Shown: positions 1 through 12,626 of the stretch, one piece after another
How the letters are laid out: every line of letters begins with the position of its first letter
Position numbering within the stretch: the stretch's first letter is position 1
From: Callorhinchus milii
Lineage: Eukaryota
NCBI RefSeq assembly: GCF_018977255.1
Contig: NW_024704742.1
Span: forward strand, 52,764,001-52,828,000
Direction of reading: 5' to 3'
DNA length: 64,000 nt
Position numbers and translations under genes: made by a program
The notes under the pieces: model-generated
Told to the model about the DNA's origin: nothing
The model's input: only the letters and a program-made list of their open reading frames with translations
The model's database searches: none

Positions 1-601
1 TTTGTATGCACTTAAAAATATATAGTGGTTTTGCTCAGGCCCAGGTGAATAAAAACATAAATATTGTATAGCGGATAGCAGAATAAGGATTAATATTGAA
101 AACAATGTCAACATGGTCCACTGACTAAAGGTATGGCTTGTACAATGGTTAACACAAAATAAGCTTGCCAATCCTTCTTAAGGTATTCATATCATGTGAT
201 TAGGTAAATTAATGGGCTAGAAATGTCTCAAGTTTCCCGCAATATTTACTTCAAATCTAATAACAGATTAAAAACTGATAAACAGCTCCTTCTTGTTTTA
301 AATCGAGTTCCCTAATGGATGATGCACAAATCAATATCTCAACCTGGCTTTAGTAACTGTAATGGAATCTGTATGGATTGTAAATGACTTGGCAGACATA
401 ACTCAGGGGAACTATACAGCAACAAGATTGATTGAAACTCCAATCCAATGATTTTTGTGTGTGATAGTGTTTAATTCCATTGAAGCTTCACTTGGATCCT
501 ATTATGCAGATTGAATACATGATATCTTCTGAATTGTGTTCATAGGCGTTGAACAAAGTAAGTTTGTTAAATGTTCCACACCTGGAGGTCTGCTTAAAGA
601 G

Positions 602-728
602 ATGTCAGCGATACTGAGAAATGAGTTAAAGAAGAAAATCTTTAAACCAAATGGGGATCGGCTGTTTGCTGTGGTAGAAATAATAACATCAACACAGGAA
701 GATGCAAGATATTACCTTTGTAATTCAG
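602..728 (+). CDS. EXOC1L: EXOC1L coding exon 1
   Basis: ATG at 602; MSAILRNELKKKIFKP...RYYLCNS; donor G|GTAATA, phase 1. Confidence 0.88.
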
Positions 729-3700
729 GTAATATTAGCACTTATACATAGTAGCATGTTGTTCCCATTATCTATTATTTGTGAATATATATTTGACAAG
801 CTGCAAGAAATTTAATTTTAATTTACTTTGATGAGTCGAGAGCAAGTAAAGAATGGGCATGGTTATTTTCTCAATACACTAAAATTAATCTTTAAAGGGA
901 CTCCAATAATTATAAAACAAGGTTGAATAGTTAAATAATTAAACTAAGTTTAAACACTACAATAAACCAATTCGTTCATAAACAATCACCTGGTTTGTAA
1001 GCACAATGATTGCTGCTTTAAGTCTGCATGGACTTGTGATATTTCACATTTTACTTTTGCTGTTTATGTATGTGCTCATTGCTTAATTTCTGATCTTCTC
1101 GAACTGATGGGTTTGCAGAATTTAGCTTGAAAGAGTGATTACTTCCGTTTGTCTGAAGAATTCTAGAAGATGGTCTCGGCTTCTCAACCTTGTATCATCT
1201 AACTAAATGAAATACGTTTTATACTAATTTGAAATAAGGAGCAATTTTTATTATCTCTTTTGCATGCATGATACTTTCCACTAATTCAGTGCCAATTAGT
1301 GGGATGATAGCTTCTCTCAATTGAAGTTAAGTCACTAGCTCAAAAAAAAATTGGTCACCAATCCACAACTCTTTGTGGGACCCTGTTGTGCACAATTGGC
1401 AATACATTACAATACATTCACTTTACAATATATTCTGTGAAGTGCTTTGAGATGTCTTAACAATGTGATAATCCTTGCATTTGATAAGGATTATTATTAG
1501 TAGTAACTAGCATGAGCCACTGTGGGCTTGCAGTTCTCCCAATTCACAAGAATTCTGTCTGTCCAGTGTCTTAGGACGTCCTCCCGAAAGGCGCTATACA
1601 AATGTAATTTTGTTGTTGTTGTTGCGGTTGCCTTGAGTAATCTTTGTGCTCAACAATTTGCTCACTATTCAATAAAGAGAAGGGAGTTTCTCCCAGTGTC
1701 CTGGATAACAATCCCTCCAAATAAAATTGGTTACTCCCTTCATGGCTATTTATGGGATATTGCTGCGTGCAAATTGGCTGCCATGTATCCTTTTGAATCA
1801 TTTTGAAATGTCCTCACAATGTTTATATCAAATGCAAGAATCTTTTATTATTATTATTTTGACAATGTTGGGATGTGGTATTTACCAGACGCTGACAGTC
1901 AGGGATTTGGGCTCGAGCTGGGTGTTGGGATCAGGAGGGGTGGAAGGCAGGGAGGGCAGGGGAAAGGAGGATGACAGAAGACACAGTCGAAGAGGAGAGT
2001 CTTGTGACAGGCTTTTAAGGAGGCAAGGGAGGGGGCGAGGTGAAGGGACTGTGGGATGGATTCTGAAGGCCCAACCGCCAATGGCTTGTATCAAGACCTT
2101 CCTCTGCGATTGTGCTTTTGGTCATCTTTCCACCACCACACCCCTTGCGCTACACTCCTGACTGAAACCCACAGCTCAGATACAAACACTTCATTGTCCA
2201 GCACCTTGGGACATCCTCCAGACATGAAAGGCACAATATCAATGCAGTTTGTTATTGTTGTGTTGGAGGAGAACTGCATTGACTGAGAGGCCATCCTTTG
2301 CATGATATGTTATAATAATATAATAATCCTTGCACTTGATATAGCGCTTTTCACATTGGGAGGACGTCCCAAAGCGCTTCACAGAACACACTGTAAAGTG
2401 AATTGACTGTATATTTGTGGGGGAACGCGGCAGCCAATTGCACACAGCAATGTCCCACAAACAGTCGTAGATTGAAAATGACCAATTTATTATTGTTTTT
2501 GGTTTTGGAGGGATTATTATTAGGCGTGTGGAGTAAGGAAACTTGCCCAAGGTTTCGCCCTGCCTGGAATTGAACTCAGGTCTCTCGCTTGCAAAGCGAA
2601 TGCTCTAACCACTGAGCTACAGGACTCCACAAACCAAGTTAAACCAAGATCATGTCTATTGGTTCAGGTGGATACTTACTGATCCCATGACACTATTTGA
2701 CAAGAGAAGGGAGTTTCTCCCAATGTCATTTCAAATAATCCTCCAGATAAAATGGTCATTTATTTCATTACTGTTTGTGAGAACTTGCATTGAGCAAATC
2801 AGCTGCTGCATTTACAGTCACCACAGTTGATAAAAATTACCTGTGAAGTGTTTTGATGCTTTTTGATAATATAGGTGCCAAATCAAAGCAAGGATTATTA
2901 CCAAATTATTTATAGCAAAACTCTATGATGTTGCAATATCGTGAATGCCTTTTTGTAAATCTTATAGTCCACATGGTCTCAAAGACACATAAGAATATAA
3001 GGCACAGAATGAGGGAAGGTCATTTGGCCCTTAAAGTCTGCTCCCTCTTCCATTGCACAAAATCTATTCTAACTTGAACTCTATCTCCACAAGCATTGAT
3101 GTTTTCTGATCCCAAAGGCAATCAAGCAAAAACTGGCCTCTTTCACCCCATCCCTTTGATCTTTAGGCATGCATCAGATCATATCTATTGACAAACTAAT
3201 AACCATGGCTAGAAATGATTGATAAAAAGATACCACAGAGGCTAGAAATGATTGATAAAAAGATACCACAGCGGCACTAGTTGTATTGGCTGGTAACTCC
3301 CAATCAATCAACGCTGCTTTGAGCGGATTTTCACCAAACTTGAACATTTTATCTAAATTAATTACATTTAGCCTTATATTATATTACTTTGTTTAAAGAT
3401 TTAAATTTCAGCTTCTCTAACAGCTTCCTTTGGCAATCAATGTGATGAAGCTGTCTGCCAGCAATAAAAATATCCGGTCAAGAACATTAGGTAATCTTAT
3501 AGTTTTCCAATCCAGTTTAGAGAAGATGCTTGTAACTGAGTCAACTATCCTCATACATCCTAAAGTTTACTCAGTGATTTATTCTTCAGGATTGTGGGCT
3601 CTACAAACGACCTCCAAATGTAGGTCAAAGATCAGGTTAAAGATCAAGACAACAGGAATGCTCAGGTAGTGGTAACTGTGACTCTTTTAGTCGTCCCTTA

Positions 3701-6700
3701 ACATTTACTTGAACTGCTACGTTCACTATTGGTTACTTATATGAATGGCTCTCTCCAGGTCCCCTATCCCTTACTGTATTAAACATTTCTGACTCAAGCC
3801 TTGATTCTGTCCCTGTGTGAATCCTCTACATTTACTTTTCCTTCATGAGATTAACATAACTATGTTATGATGAAAACAGAAAAGAAAAGGATGCAGTTGA
3901 TATGAAATTTTTTGGTCAGTCAAATGTCTGACAGATGCAAAAACCCATCAACGTGCTTAACAGTATCCAAATCAGATGGAGAGTGCCACATATGTATGCA
4001 ATTTACACATGGAAATTTCCCTGTGTCTGAAATGGAACGTGCACTCTCTTCGTGGAAGACCTCACCCTGCATATTAATTCTGGAGAGTATAAGGCACAGG
4101 TTGTCAAGAGCCCAGGATGGGGGACCCAAGAGTGTGCGATGGAGTTGTTATTGAGTTTAACCAGCGAAGACTAGGTAGTTTGCCATTGAAACCACTATCT
4201 GGCAAGCTTCCCATGCAGACCTACCTATCTCAGGAACTGGACTGCTGAGACTTCCACAGAGTACTGTCTTCATTCCAACATTCTGTTGCTGGACACTTTG
4301 CCAATCTTAGCTCCAAGGAAACCCTGCTTACCTCCTTCCCCAAGGAGTTTAATGATTGTCCATTATTTGTACCTCAGAACAAGTTTCATTGATACCAATA
4401 ACTGGATGAACTCACTTAACTGTTGGAATAAATTTATGGATTGTACAGGGCCTGAGTGCTAAGTCATTTGTGTGATTTATTCTTTAATAGTGTTAAAGAG
4501 TGTGTGAATGACACACAAATCTACTTTGCCTCCTCCAGTACCAACTCCAGTATTCTATCAGCTTGCCTGGCAGATATCATAGCCTGGATGAGTGCAAACT
4601 TCCTGCAGCTGAATGCAGGACAGAAAACAGAAGCCATATCCTTGGCTCCCGTTAATGTCTTCACTCTGTGGATCTAAACTCCTCAACCACCCTGGGCTCT
4701 CCCTCACACTCACTGAACCAGTGCGGAATCTAGGCATCCAGTTCGACCCCCAGCTGTCCTTCCCCTCCCACATCCGCTCCCTGACCTTCTTCCACCTCCA
4801 CCACATTGCCTGCCTCCGACCGTACATTACCCCAAATACAGCCAAAACCCTCGTGCATGCGTTTGTCACCTCCCGCCTGGATTACTCAAACGCACTCCTC
4901 GCCGGTCTCACCAGCTCCACTATTCAAAAGATCCAGCTCATTCAGAACTCTGCTGCCCACATACTGATCCGGACCAAACTCCATACCCACATCTCACCAG
5001 TTCTGGCCAGGCTCCACTAGCTCCCTATCACCGAACAAAATTTACTTACCCACTCTCTAATCTTTTTCAAGTCCCATCTGAAAACCTTCCCCTTCATTCG
5101 TGCTTACCACCACCTGCCCCCATTGCTAGGAGTCAGGCTCCGTCACTGTTAAGAGCTCTGAGATGCAAACTCCGTGGAAGGCGCTATATAAGTGCAAGCT
5201 GCTGTTGTTGTTATTAAAATGCACACACATAATTATATGAGTTATTTTTATGTTTTATCATATATTATTTGTTATCATTAAGAAAAATAATATTCTCTGA
5301 TCATTACTTTCTCATTACAGTAACAAATTGCCAAGACGTGCAAATAACATTTGTGAAAATCATGACTTCCAATCAAAATGAACAATATGAAAAAGTCAAT
5401 ACATGGCACCTTAAAGATCTTAAGCTCTTGGATGGCAAAGAAGCGGATGAAGTGAGTTACTGGTCAAATCACTTGTGTTGGGTTGCATTTATTTTCTCAT
5501 AGAATATTCATTGGCTTCCTATTTTACAGACATATCTATTTCCCTCTTTATGATGTTTCATATTTATCAAGTTTTAAAGTTTACAAATGTTCATCAGCGC
5601 CACAGAGTCTTGCAAGACTGTGTGATGTACAGGACATTGTCTGGACAAAATGCTCCTTACCCTGTGGGTGCTTTTGCCAGTGAACATGGAGTGTAGATAG
5701 AGAGCCAGAGAGCCTTTTAGACAATAATACATCTTCAAAATTCAATACCGGCAATTAATATCTACTTGTATCACTTTCATGTATGAGTGAATCATTACAA
5801 ATGGAATATGCAGTACAACTCATATAAGTCTTATTTTTATAGATCGTATAATCACCTAAATTGTACCTTCACCCAGGTCCCATTCAACTTCCTATCAAAA
5901 CCACTTAGATTTCTTTGCACTACTTGTATTACTCACTTCCTGACTCACAATGGCGTTCCCTTTACCCTCCATTGCTCCCACGCTTACTGTCTGCCTTGAA
6001 TTGCGGGAAATGTAGTCTTGATCCGTCAACACATTCGCAGAAGTATCTCATTTCCTGCGATTCAATGCGATTTCAATCCATGCCGATAAGTGGGCATGTG
6101 GCAACAGGTCAAGACATATTGAATCTCGGAAAATGACCGCATGCAAAATTACCGGCTGGAGTGACGAACTACCGTGTTCACACTTCCCGGATGCATTAAG
6201 TTATGCATGTGCAGTGTAGATTATTGATTAAATCGGACTTTCTACGACTTCTACGGTTTGCCTGCAACTCAGACTTCAGGTAAGTCAGATTGAATGTTAT
6301 GGTCACAACTGATAGGATTTATGTGAGCTTTACTGTATTGTAAAGCGAATAAAAAAAGTTTGTTCAAGGGTTGAGGAGATCGGAACCAACTCTGTAACAA
6401 ATGTGTTCTGCTTATAAAAGTCTTTAAGGATATAAGTCCTTAGATAAGTCTTTCATGAAAACCAGCGAAAAAGAATAATCATATATTATTTCAGACTGAA
6501 ACTGTTCAGTAATAAAGGTTGTTATATTGACATGAGTCTAATTCATTCTATATTAATTCATTGCCCAATTAAAGTCTGCTCTGTCAATAAAAACTTTAAT
6601 TATAACCATTCACAGTGGAGTGTTGACAGAGCTAATTGAGTCGTACATTGAAACCTGTTAAGTATCATTGAACATACTTATAGATATAAGTAGAGAACTA

Positions 6701-7577
6701 AATTGGGATATCTGAATTCCCATTAATATTTATGGCACACCTTGTTTGGCATGACAATTTTGAAGTAGCCATTGTTGCTAATGTAGTTACTCTGTTTTTA
6801 GTGAGGCTATAAATAGAAACAAACACACCCTCTCCTTTCCTGATTATTTCTCTTGATAGCACTTGTGCCCTGGGCATTACCCTTTATTGTGGCCCAGTAG
6901 GTAAATGTTACTCATACCCAGCTATAAGGACTTGTAGGAGATTGGTCCAATGGTTCCTCTCATTCCCTTCTTATGACAAGCCAATTGTGAATCCAAAGCT
7001 GGAATTTGGATTCACAATTCAAATTGTGAAATATTTGACACAACAAGTCCAGTTTACAATTGTTGCAATTTAGACTCCATTAATTCTTAGTAATGCTTCT
7101 AAAATTAATCACACCATAACATGATGTCATGTGCTGATAAAAAAANTATATACTCAGAAAAATACAACCAATTTAGGCAAGGATGAACTTTTTGCAATCT
7201 TTGAAGTGACTAAAGAGCAGAGACTTAATTCCTGGTGTATGTTTTTTCCCAAAGAATGTATTTAGTAATATTTTTTCTAAAAGGAACCTTTCACTAATTT
7301 CTCTTCATTTAACTTATAGGACAATCCACACTTTGAGATGCATTTTGACAAAATTTACAACTGGGAAGCGTCAAGTACAGCCTCCAAATATGCCTTTCTC
7401 CGATGTTTACTGGAGCTCAATAATATCTACTTAGGGGAGGAGATTGTTTTTGTAAATTTTGACACCAATTACTTATATGAGAACAGTGCTACTATCAACA
7501 AAGGGGACTGTTTGCTTGTCATGAATCTATGCGTGCTGTACTTCTGTAACTGTGTGTGTTTGTCTCTGTATAAATGA
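602..7577 (+). CDS. EXOC1L: Exocyst complex component 1-like; join(602..728,5321..5451,7320..7577), 171 aa
   Basis: Three GT-AG exons (127+131+258 nt; intron phases 1 and 0) give MSAILRNELKKKIFKPNG...[44 protein letters not shown]...[24 protein letters not shown]. This is paralogous to the EXOC1 N-terminus in this window and matches the recalled EXOC1L length, motifs and synteny. Confidence 0.92.
1880..2262. mobile_element. Two L2 3'-end fragments head to head (- ~1880-2083, + ~2092-2262)
   Basis: Both match the LINE 3' UTR seen at 28700-28986. Confidence 0.7.
2312..2631 (-). mobile_element. Young tRNA-derived SINE (Deu-type body, L2-like tail)
   Basis: Reverse complement is nearly identical to 50026-50356. 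Confidence 0.9.
3207..3272 (+). repeat. 33-bp tandem duplication
   Basis: GGCTAGAAATGATTGATAAAAAGATACCACAG(A/C) x2. Confidence 0.9.
4510..5213 (+). mobile_element. 5'-truncated L2-clade LINE (RT C-terminus and 3' end)
   Basis: Frameshifted DTQIYF...WMSANFLQLN...RNLGIQFDPQLSF...LVHAFVTSRLDYSNALLAG; ends in (GTT)n. Confidence 0.88.
5321..5451 (+). CDS. EXOC1L: EXOC1L coding exon 2
   Basis: Acceptor CTCATTACAG|, donor GAA|GTGAGT; 131 nt, the same size as the paralogous EXOC1 exon. Confidence 0.92.
7320..7577 (+). CDS. EXOC1L: EXOC1L coding exon 3 (terminal)
   Basis: Acceptor [24 protein letters not shown]...CVCLSLYK then TGA. Confidence 0.92.
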   Translation, partial: [85 protein letters not shown]

Positions 7578-8832
7578 AAATTGCACAAAGTGCTTAAACA
7601 GAATTGTACACTTCCCCTGTCAATATCTTGATAATAGTGTTTAATCCTTTTAATGACCGAATGATTTTTTTTGCTTCTGAGAATCAACTATGTTTCCATT
7701 ATGGCTTAACATTATGCCAAACACAACCGATATATATTCATTTAGATTCTTCCCACTTCTTTCCCGGAAAGTTCAATTATCTGAATCTAGATCAAAAGCC
7801 CCAAAATACCCACTAACATAGAATGCAAAATCAATGGAAAATGCTTCCTAGTTCATACAGAGAGTCAGTAAACTATGAAGGTAGCAGCTATCTTGGAGGT
7901 AGATGGATCGTTCAGATAACTATAGGGAAAGATTAGACAGATCAGGTAAGCCATAGCTAAATATGTATTCTTCTGCATAATGTTTACTCTCTGGTTTGCG
8001 ATGTTCCCAGCTGGTAACATGGTTCTAAAATACCATTTCACTTCTGTAGAATGGACATTAGCTGAGAAATCGTTCAATTAAGGATACACTGTACTATTTT
8101 CTTAAAGGGACTAGTGCACCTGAATGCAAAAAATCGAAGCAAATCAAAATTATGATAATGTGAGTTAATTCAAATTAGATGGATTTTGGCTGCTTTATAT
8201 TTTATTATTTGGCTTCAGGCTTATCCTTACTGAACCTTTTCAGACCGAAATGCAATATATAACTGAGACAAATGCAAAAAAAATTATTTTAGTTTGGATT
8301 TTGTGCAAAAATTATTTTGCTGTGTTGGAAGGGTACATCTTCCCTTTATTATATACCCACCGGTATCTTAAGATGATAATAGGAATGTAGAAACCAGTTT
8401 TTCGTACTGAATAATTGAAATGAAGTTACTAATAATAGTGGAGAAGTACCACTATCACAAATGAATGTTTATTCTGCTTATTCAATTATTATCAAAATAA
8501 AAACTGAATTACGCTTCCTTAAATGGAGCTTTCACAACTACAGTACTACTAACATTTCCAGATAGCCTACCAAATTAACCTATTGAAAATTCAACAGTAT
8601 TTTCCATCTAAATAAAAATGAATGAGGCAACTAATAACTATATGAAAACATGGTCACTACCCTTCTTTCTGGCTCAGCATCAAGTCCCACCACTGTTAAA
8701 TACTCTGAGACATTACCCCACCATAAATGCAAGTTGCTGTTGTTGAACATATACATCTATGAGAAGTACAAAAGAACATAGCATAAATTTTCATCGGTCA
8801 AGACTTGTTTTGTGTCAGATTGTCTGTGTGGA

Positions 8833-9148
8833 GTCGTGGAGTCCTGTAGCTCAGTAGTTAGAGCACTCGCTTTGCAAGTGAGAGACCGGAGTTCAATTCC
8901 AGGCAGGGCGAAACCTTGGGCAAGTTTCCTTACTCCACACAGAGCCTAATAATAATCCCTCGAAAACAATAATAAAAATTGGTCAGTTTCAATCCACGAC
9001 TGTTTGTGGGACATTGCTGTGCGCAATTGGCTGCCGCGTTCGCCCACAAATATACAGTCAATTCACTTTACAGTGTGTTCTGTGAAGCGCTTTGGGACAT
9101 CCTCCTGACGTGAAAAGCGCTATATCAAATGCAAGGATTATTATTATT
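8833..9148 (+). mobile_element. Young tRNA-derived SINE
   Basis: A-box TAGCTCAGTAGTTAG, B-box GAGTTCAATTCC, (ATT)n tail; flanked by direct repeat TGTGTGGA (8825-8832 and 9150-9157). Confidence 0.9.
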
Positions 9149-10119
9149 GTGTGTGGATTCCTAAGAACATAAAACATATTTAGGGCAGGAGAAGACCATT
9201 AGATCCTGTCCCTTTTGAAAGTTCTCAATCATAGCTACTGCTTTCAACTGCTTTGTAATGATGGAGTTTTCAGCAGTAATTTATAGGATTAGATAAATTG
9301 CAGAAGATTGCTCTTGCCAGGCAACATCAAATTATAGATTTGCTTCCTCATTGGCTCAGCATGTTTATCCAGTGAGCAGCTGAGCCTTACAGACTGGATG
9401 GATCTCAGGTTCAATCCATGGTCAATCGTGAGAAATGTAATTGTAGTCGGTATAACACGATGGGCTCTAACATTTGCTTTAACCAACCAATATTCCCCTC
9501 CGAATCATTATCCAGCCATTCTTACTGGAAGCATGCATATTCTTCCATTGTATATATCTATTTTTTCAATCGTCAGTGTACATTATTCAAAACTAGGTCT
9601 CAATCGTTAGAAGACAGTGTTCTACCCACTGAACCACTCAGTCCCCAGAGTGGCTCCATTATTGTTATTTGATGATATCTTAAAATAAAGATTCTGCCTT
9701 TCTCCCGCTCATGATGTCACTAATTATTAATCCCGACAAAGGGATCTATTATTGACCGATCACTGAAAATAGTCCTCTCCATAGTGATCTGCTTGCTACG
9801 GAAATACATTTTTAAATTTTAAATATTTTAAATGCAAAATACACAGTCAATCCACTTTACCATGTATTCTGTGAAGCACTTTGTGACGTCTCAGTTATAT
9901 AAGGCGCTATATCAAATGCAAGAGTTATTATTGTTAGTACTTATGTGCAATCTCAGAAGAAATATGCAACAAAAAGATGATTATTTTTAAGAGATTGACA
10001 CACAATAGACACCATTTCAGAACATTTAGCTGAAGGGATCTAACTTATAGTCCATTTCATGGCTCAAGAGAAGACATCAAAGATATTGATTGGAAGACAG
10101 AATGCAAACTATCTTTGCT

Positions 10120-10345
10120 CCCAAGTCTTGGCTCTTGCCAACCTACTCCTAATACATTACTGGAATTAGGTAAGCAGGATGTGTTCCTCTGAAGAGAGAA
10201 TGTGCAATCCATTCCAACCATCTATCTCTGGGATTTCATATGTAGGTGTGATGCATGGAATTCTCAGCTTGCTTTGAATACTCCTAAGCATAGTGATGAG
10301 TTTTCACATGTGTCAGACACTCGGCTGACCCCCTCAAAAAAATTC
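10120..10345 (+). repeat. Unclassified ~210-bp dispersed repeat; other copies at 11180-11392 (+), 15575-15770 (+), 18240-18435 (+), 3910-4115 (-), 11535-11740 (-)
   Basis: Shared motifs GCATGGAATTCTCAGCTTGGTTTGGATACTC, GGTGATGGGTTT and TGTGTCAGACAC..GGCTGA, then a short A-run in most copies. Confidence 0.8.
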
Positions 10346-12419
10346 AAGAGGCATCAAACCCAATTGTTGATTCTTATCAGTACCTCGGTGGACACCAACC
10401 TTTGCCTGGACTCTGTCCTGGAGGACCAGGCAGAGAAGGAGCGAAGGGCATTCCCATCTCTACTCAAGGACAGCAAGGACCCAATGCAGGTCAAGCTTGT
10501 GGCATGTAAGACTATGTGCAAACATTCCTCCTTTATGGATCTGAATTCTTAGGGATGGAGCAGAGAGGCTCCCTCCAGCCTATTTGCATAGTTCAGGATC
10601 AAGCAGTGAGGTGGATTTGTGACAAACACACGGAAGAGCTACAGGGAGCGAGGGCTCCAGCCTACACTGATTTGTACTAAGCTCCGTGGAGGCATACTAA
10701 GTTTTGTGGCTCATCAGGAAGCTCGCAAGAAGTTCCTGGTAACTACCATTCACCTAGTGAGGACTTAAACCTGCTTGTTGGATTTCAAATGACCAACTAC
10801 TGATTATCCTCCAGGGTGGGGGAGATAAATGGAGTTTCCTTGGTGCTGAACTGGCTGTTTGGTAATGGAGTGTCAGAATCAAGTCCACCCTCCATGCAGT
10901 CTTGGTAGCCCAGATTCTGAGCCAGATGGGTCTGCAGTATTCCAGGGCACTGCTGATGACTGCATAGACAGTTTGGCTATCGGCAGGATCTGGAAAGGCA
11001 GACAAGTCACTGGGTGCACGGAATCATCCCACTTAGCTCCTGTTAACCAAGAAAACCAAAGCCCTAACGGGTAGAGGACAAGCAGAGGGATTAACTGGAC
11101 AAGAAGCGGGAAAACTTGCCAGGCTATGTGGTTTTAACTGGTTAGACTCCAGCAGTACCCTAACACACACTCTCGTGTCCCCAAGCCTTGGGTCTTGCCA
11201 ACCTGCACCAAATAATTTCCAGAATTAGGTGAGCAGGATGTATCTCTCCAGGGATAGAGAGTGGATTCCATTCCAACAAACATCTTTGGAATTTCCGTAT
11301 GTTGGTGGGATGCATGGAATTCTCAGCTTGGTTTGGATACTCTTGAGCTTGGTGATGGGTTTCCGTATGTGTCAAACACCTGGCTGAACACCTTTTATAG
11401 AGGATAATGTCTCGGAACGCTTTACAAAAACAGGGTTGGACGCCAAGGGCTGAGGGGGGAGAATTGGCTATAGGCTTTAAGGGGAAATTTAAAGATTTAA
11501 AGGCAAATAGAGGGGCTGAGAGAGAAGGGAGAGGTTTTTTGCCAGCCGGGTGTCTGACACATGCGTAAACCCATCACCATGATAAGATTCTTCAAACCAG
11601 ATTGAGAGTTCCACGTATCTGTGCCACCTACACATGGAAATTTCCCTGTGTCTGAATAGAATGTGCACTTTCTCTTTCTCTGGAAAGATGCATCCTGCTT
11701 ACCTAATTCTGGCAGGTTAAGCACAGGTTAGCAAGAGCAAAGGCATGCATTTGTGTGTCACTTCCTGATGCACATAACAGAAAAAATGAATTGATTCTCT
11801 TCCAGATTTTAAAAAAGGTCCCCAAAACCTTTATATTTAGCTTTTGCTCACGTTAAGCATATTTTTTAGTGCACCATTCATAGGGGGGAAAGGGAGAAGC
11901 TGAAACATATTCGAATCCCCAGAGAAAAGTACATACAACTCAGAGCCAATGAAAGGTTTATATATTACTGATCTACTAAATACTGCATCTATCCTGGAAG
12001 TCTGAATTATGCACTCGGAGGGAGAATTCTACCATTCTGATTGCATTTGGACTTGTCCTATATTCTTAGCATGCCAGAGAATTTGGGAAATGTGTCTATC
12101 ACGTCTTACTTTGAATCCAGTTACCTGTAGAGTACATAAAAGTTTCAAAATTATTATTGATAATAATAACCCTTGCATTTGATACCGTGCTTTATCATGT
12201 CATTGAGAAGTGTTCCACCGAATTTTACTGCAAATTGAATTGACAATATAGTTTGTTGTCGAAATATTCGGACAGGATTCAAGAATTTGCTAAATGCTGC
12301 ATGCTCTGCTAACCCAAGAGAACAGGGTGAGTGCATTGTACTCAGGTGCAATCTCTCGCCCTGGCCACAGAGCCCTGAGACTGGTGGAGCCACAGCCTGG
12401 CACAGATGTGCCAGGATCA

Positions 12420-12625
12420 ATGATGGCGGCGCTCCAGTTGTCACAGCGCGAGCCTGATGTTGACGTTGCTTCCCGCAGGCGCCGGAAGCGGAAGTGATGG
12501 TGTGTGTATAGGGAAGTCGTCACCCGGAGATGCGCGAATGACCGTCGCCTTCCGACCGCTGGTCAGTGTTTACCCTGAGAGGGCGACCTGGGCCGCCAGC
12601 CCGGAACTGCTATTGTACAAGGTGA
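12420..12625 (+). promoter_or_regulatory. Putative EXOC1 CpG-rich promoter and non-coding first exon
   Basis: Local CpG cluster. YY1-like GATGGCGGC at 12422-12430, TGACGT at 12461, tandem ETS/GABP CCGGAAGCGGAAGTG at 12482-12496. Candidate donors CTG|GTCAGT (GT 12562) or AAG|GTGAAG (GT 12622). The first coding exon has its own acceptor just 5' of the ATG, so an upstream non-coding exon is expected. Confidence 0.65.
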
Positions 12626-12626
12626 A

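Noticed and set aside
536..601. Upstream extension of the EXOC1L ORF in the ORF track
   Set aside because: Starts at a non-ATG codon; homology to EXOC1 begins at ATG 602
7146..7146. Single N base
   Set aside because: Assembly ambiguity in an intronic A-run, with no biological meaning
10120..11392. LTR/TRIM element (direct repeats around an internal segment)
   Set aside because: No TG...CA termini, primer-binding site or TSD seen, and the copies look as divergent from each other as from the dispersed copies
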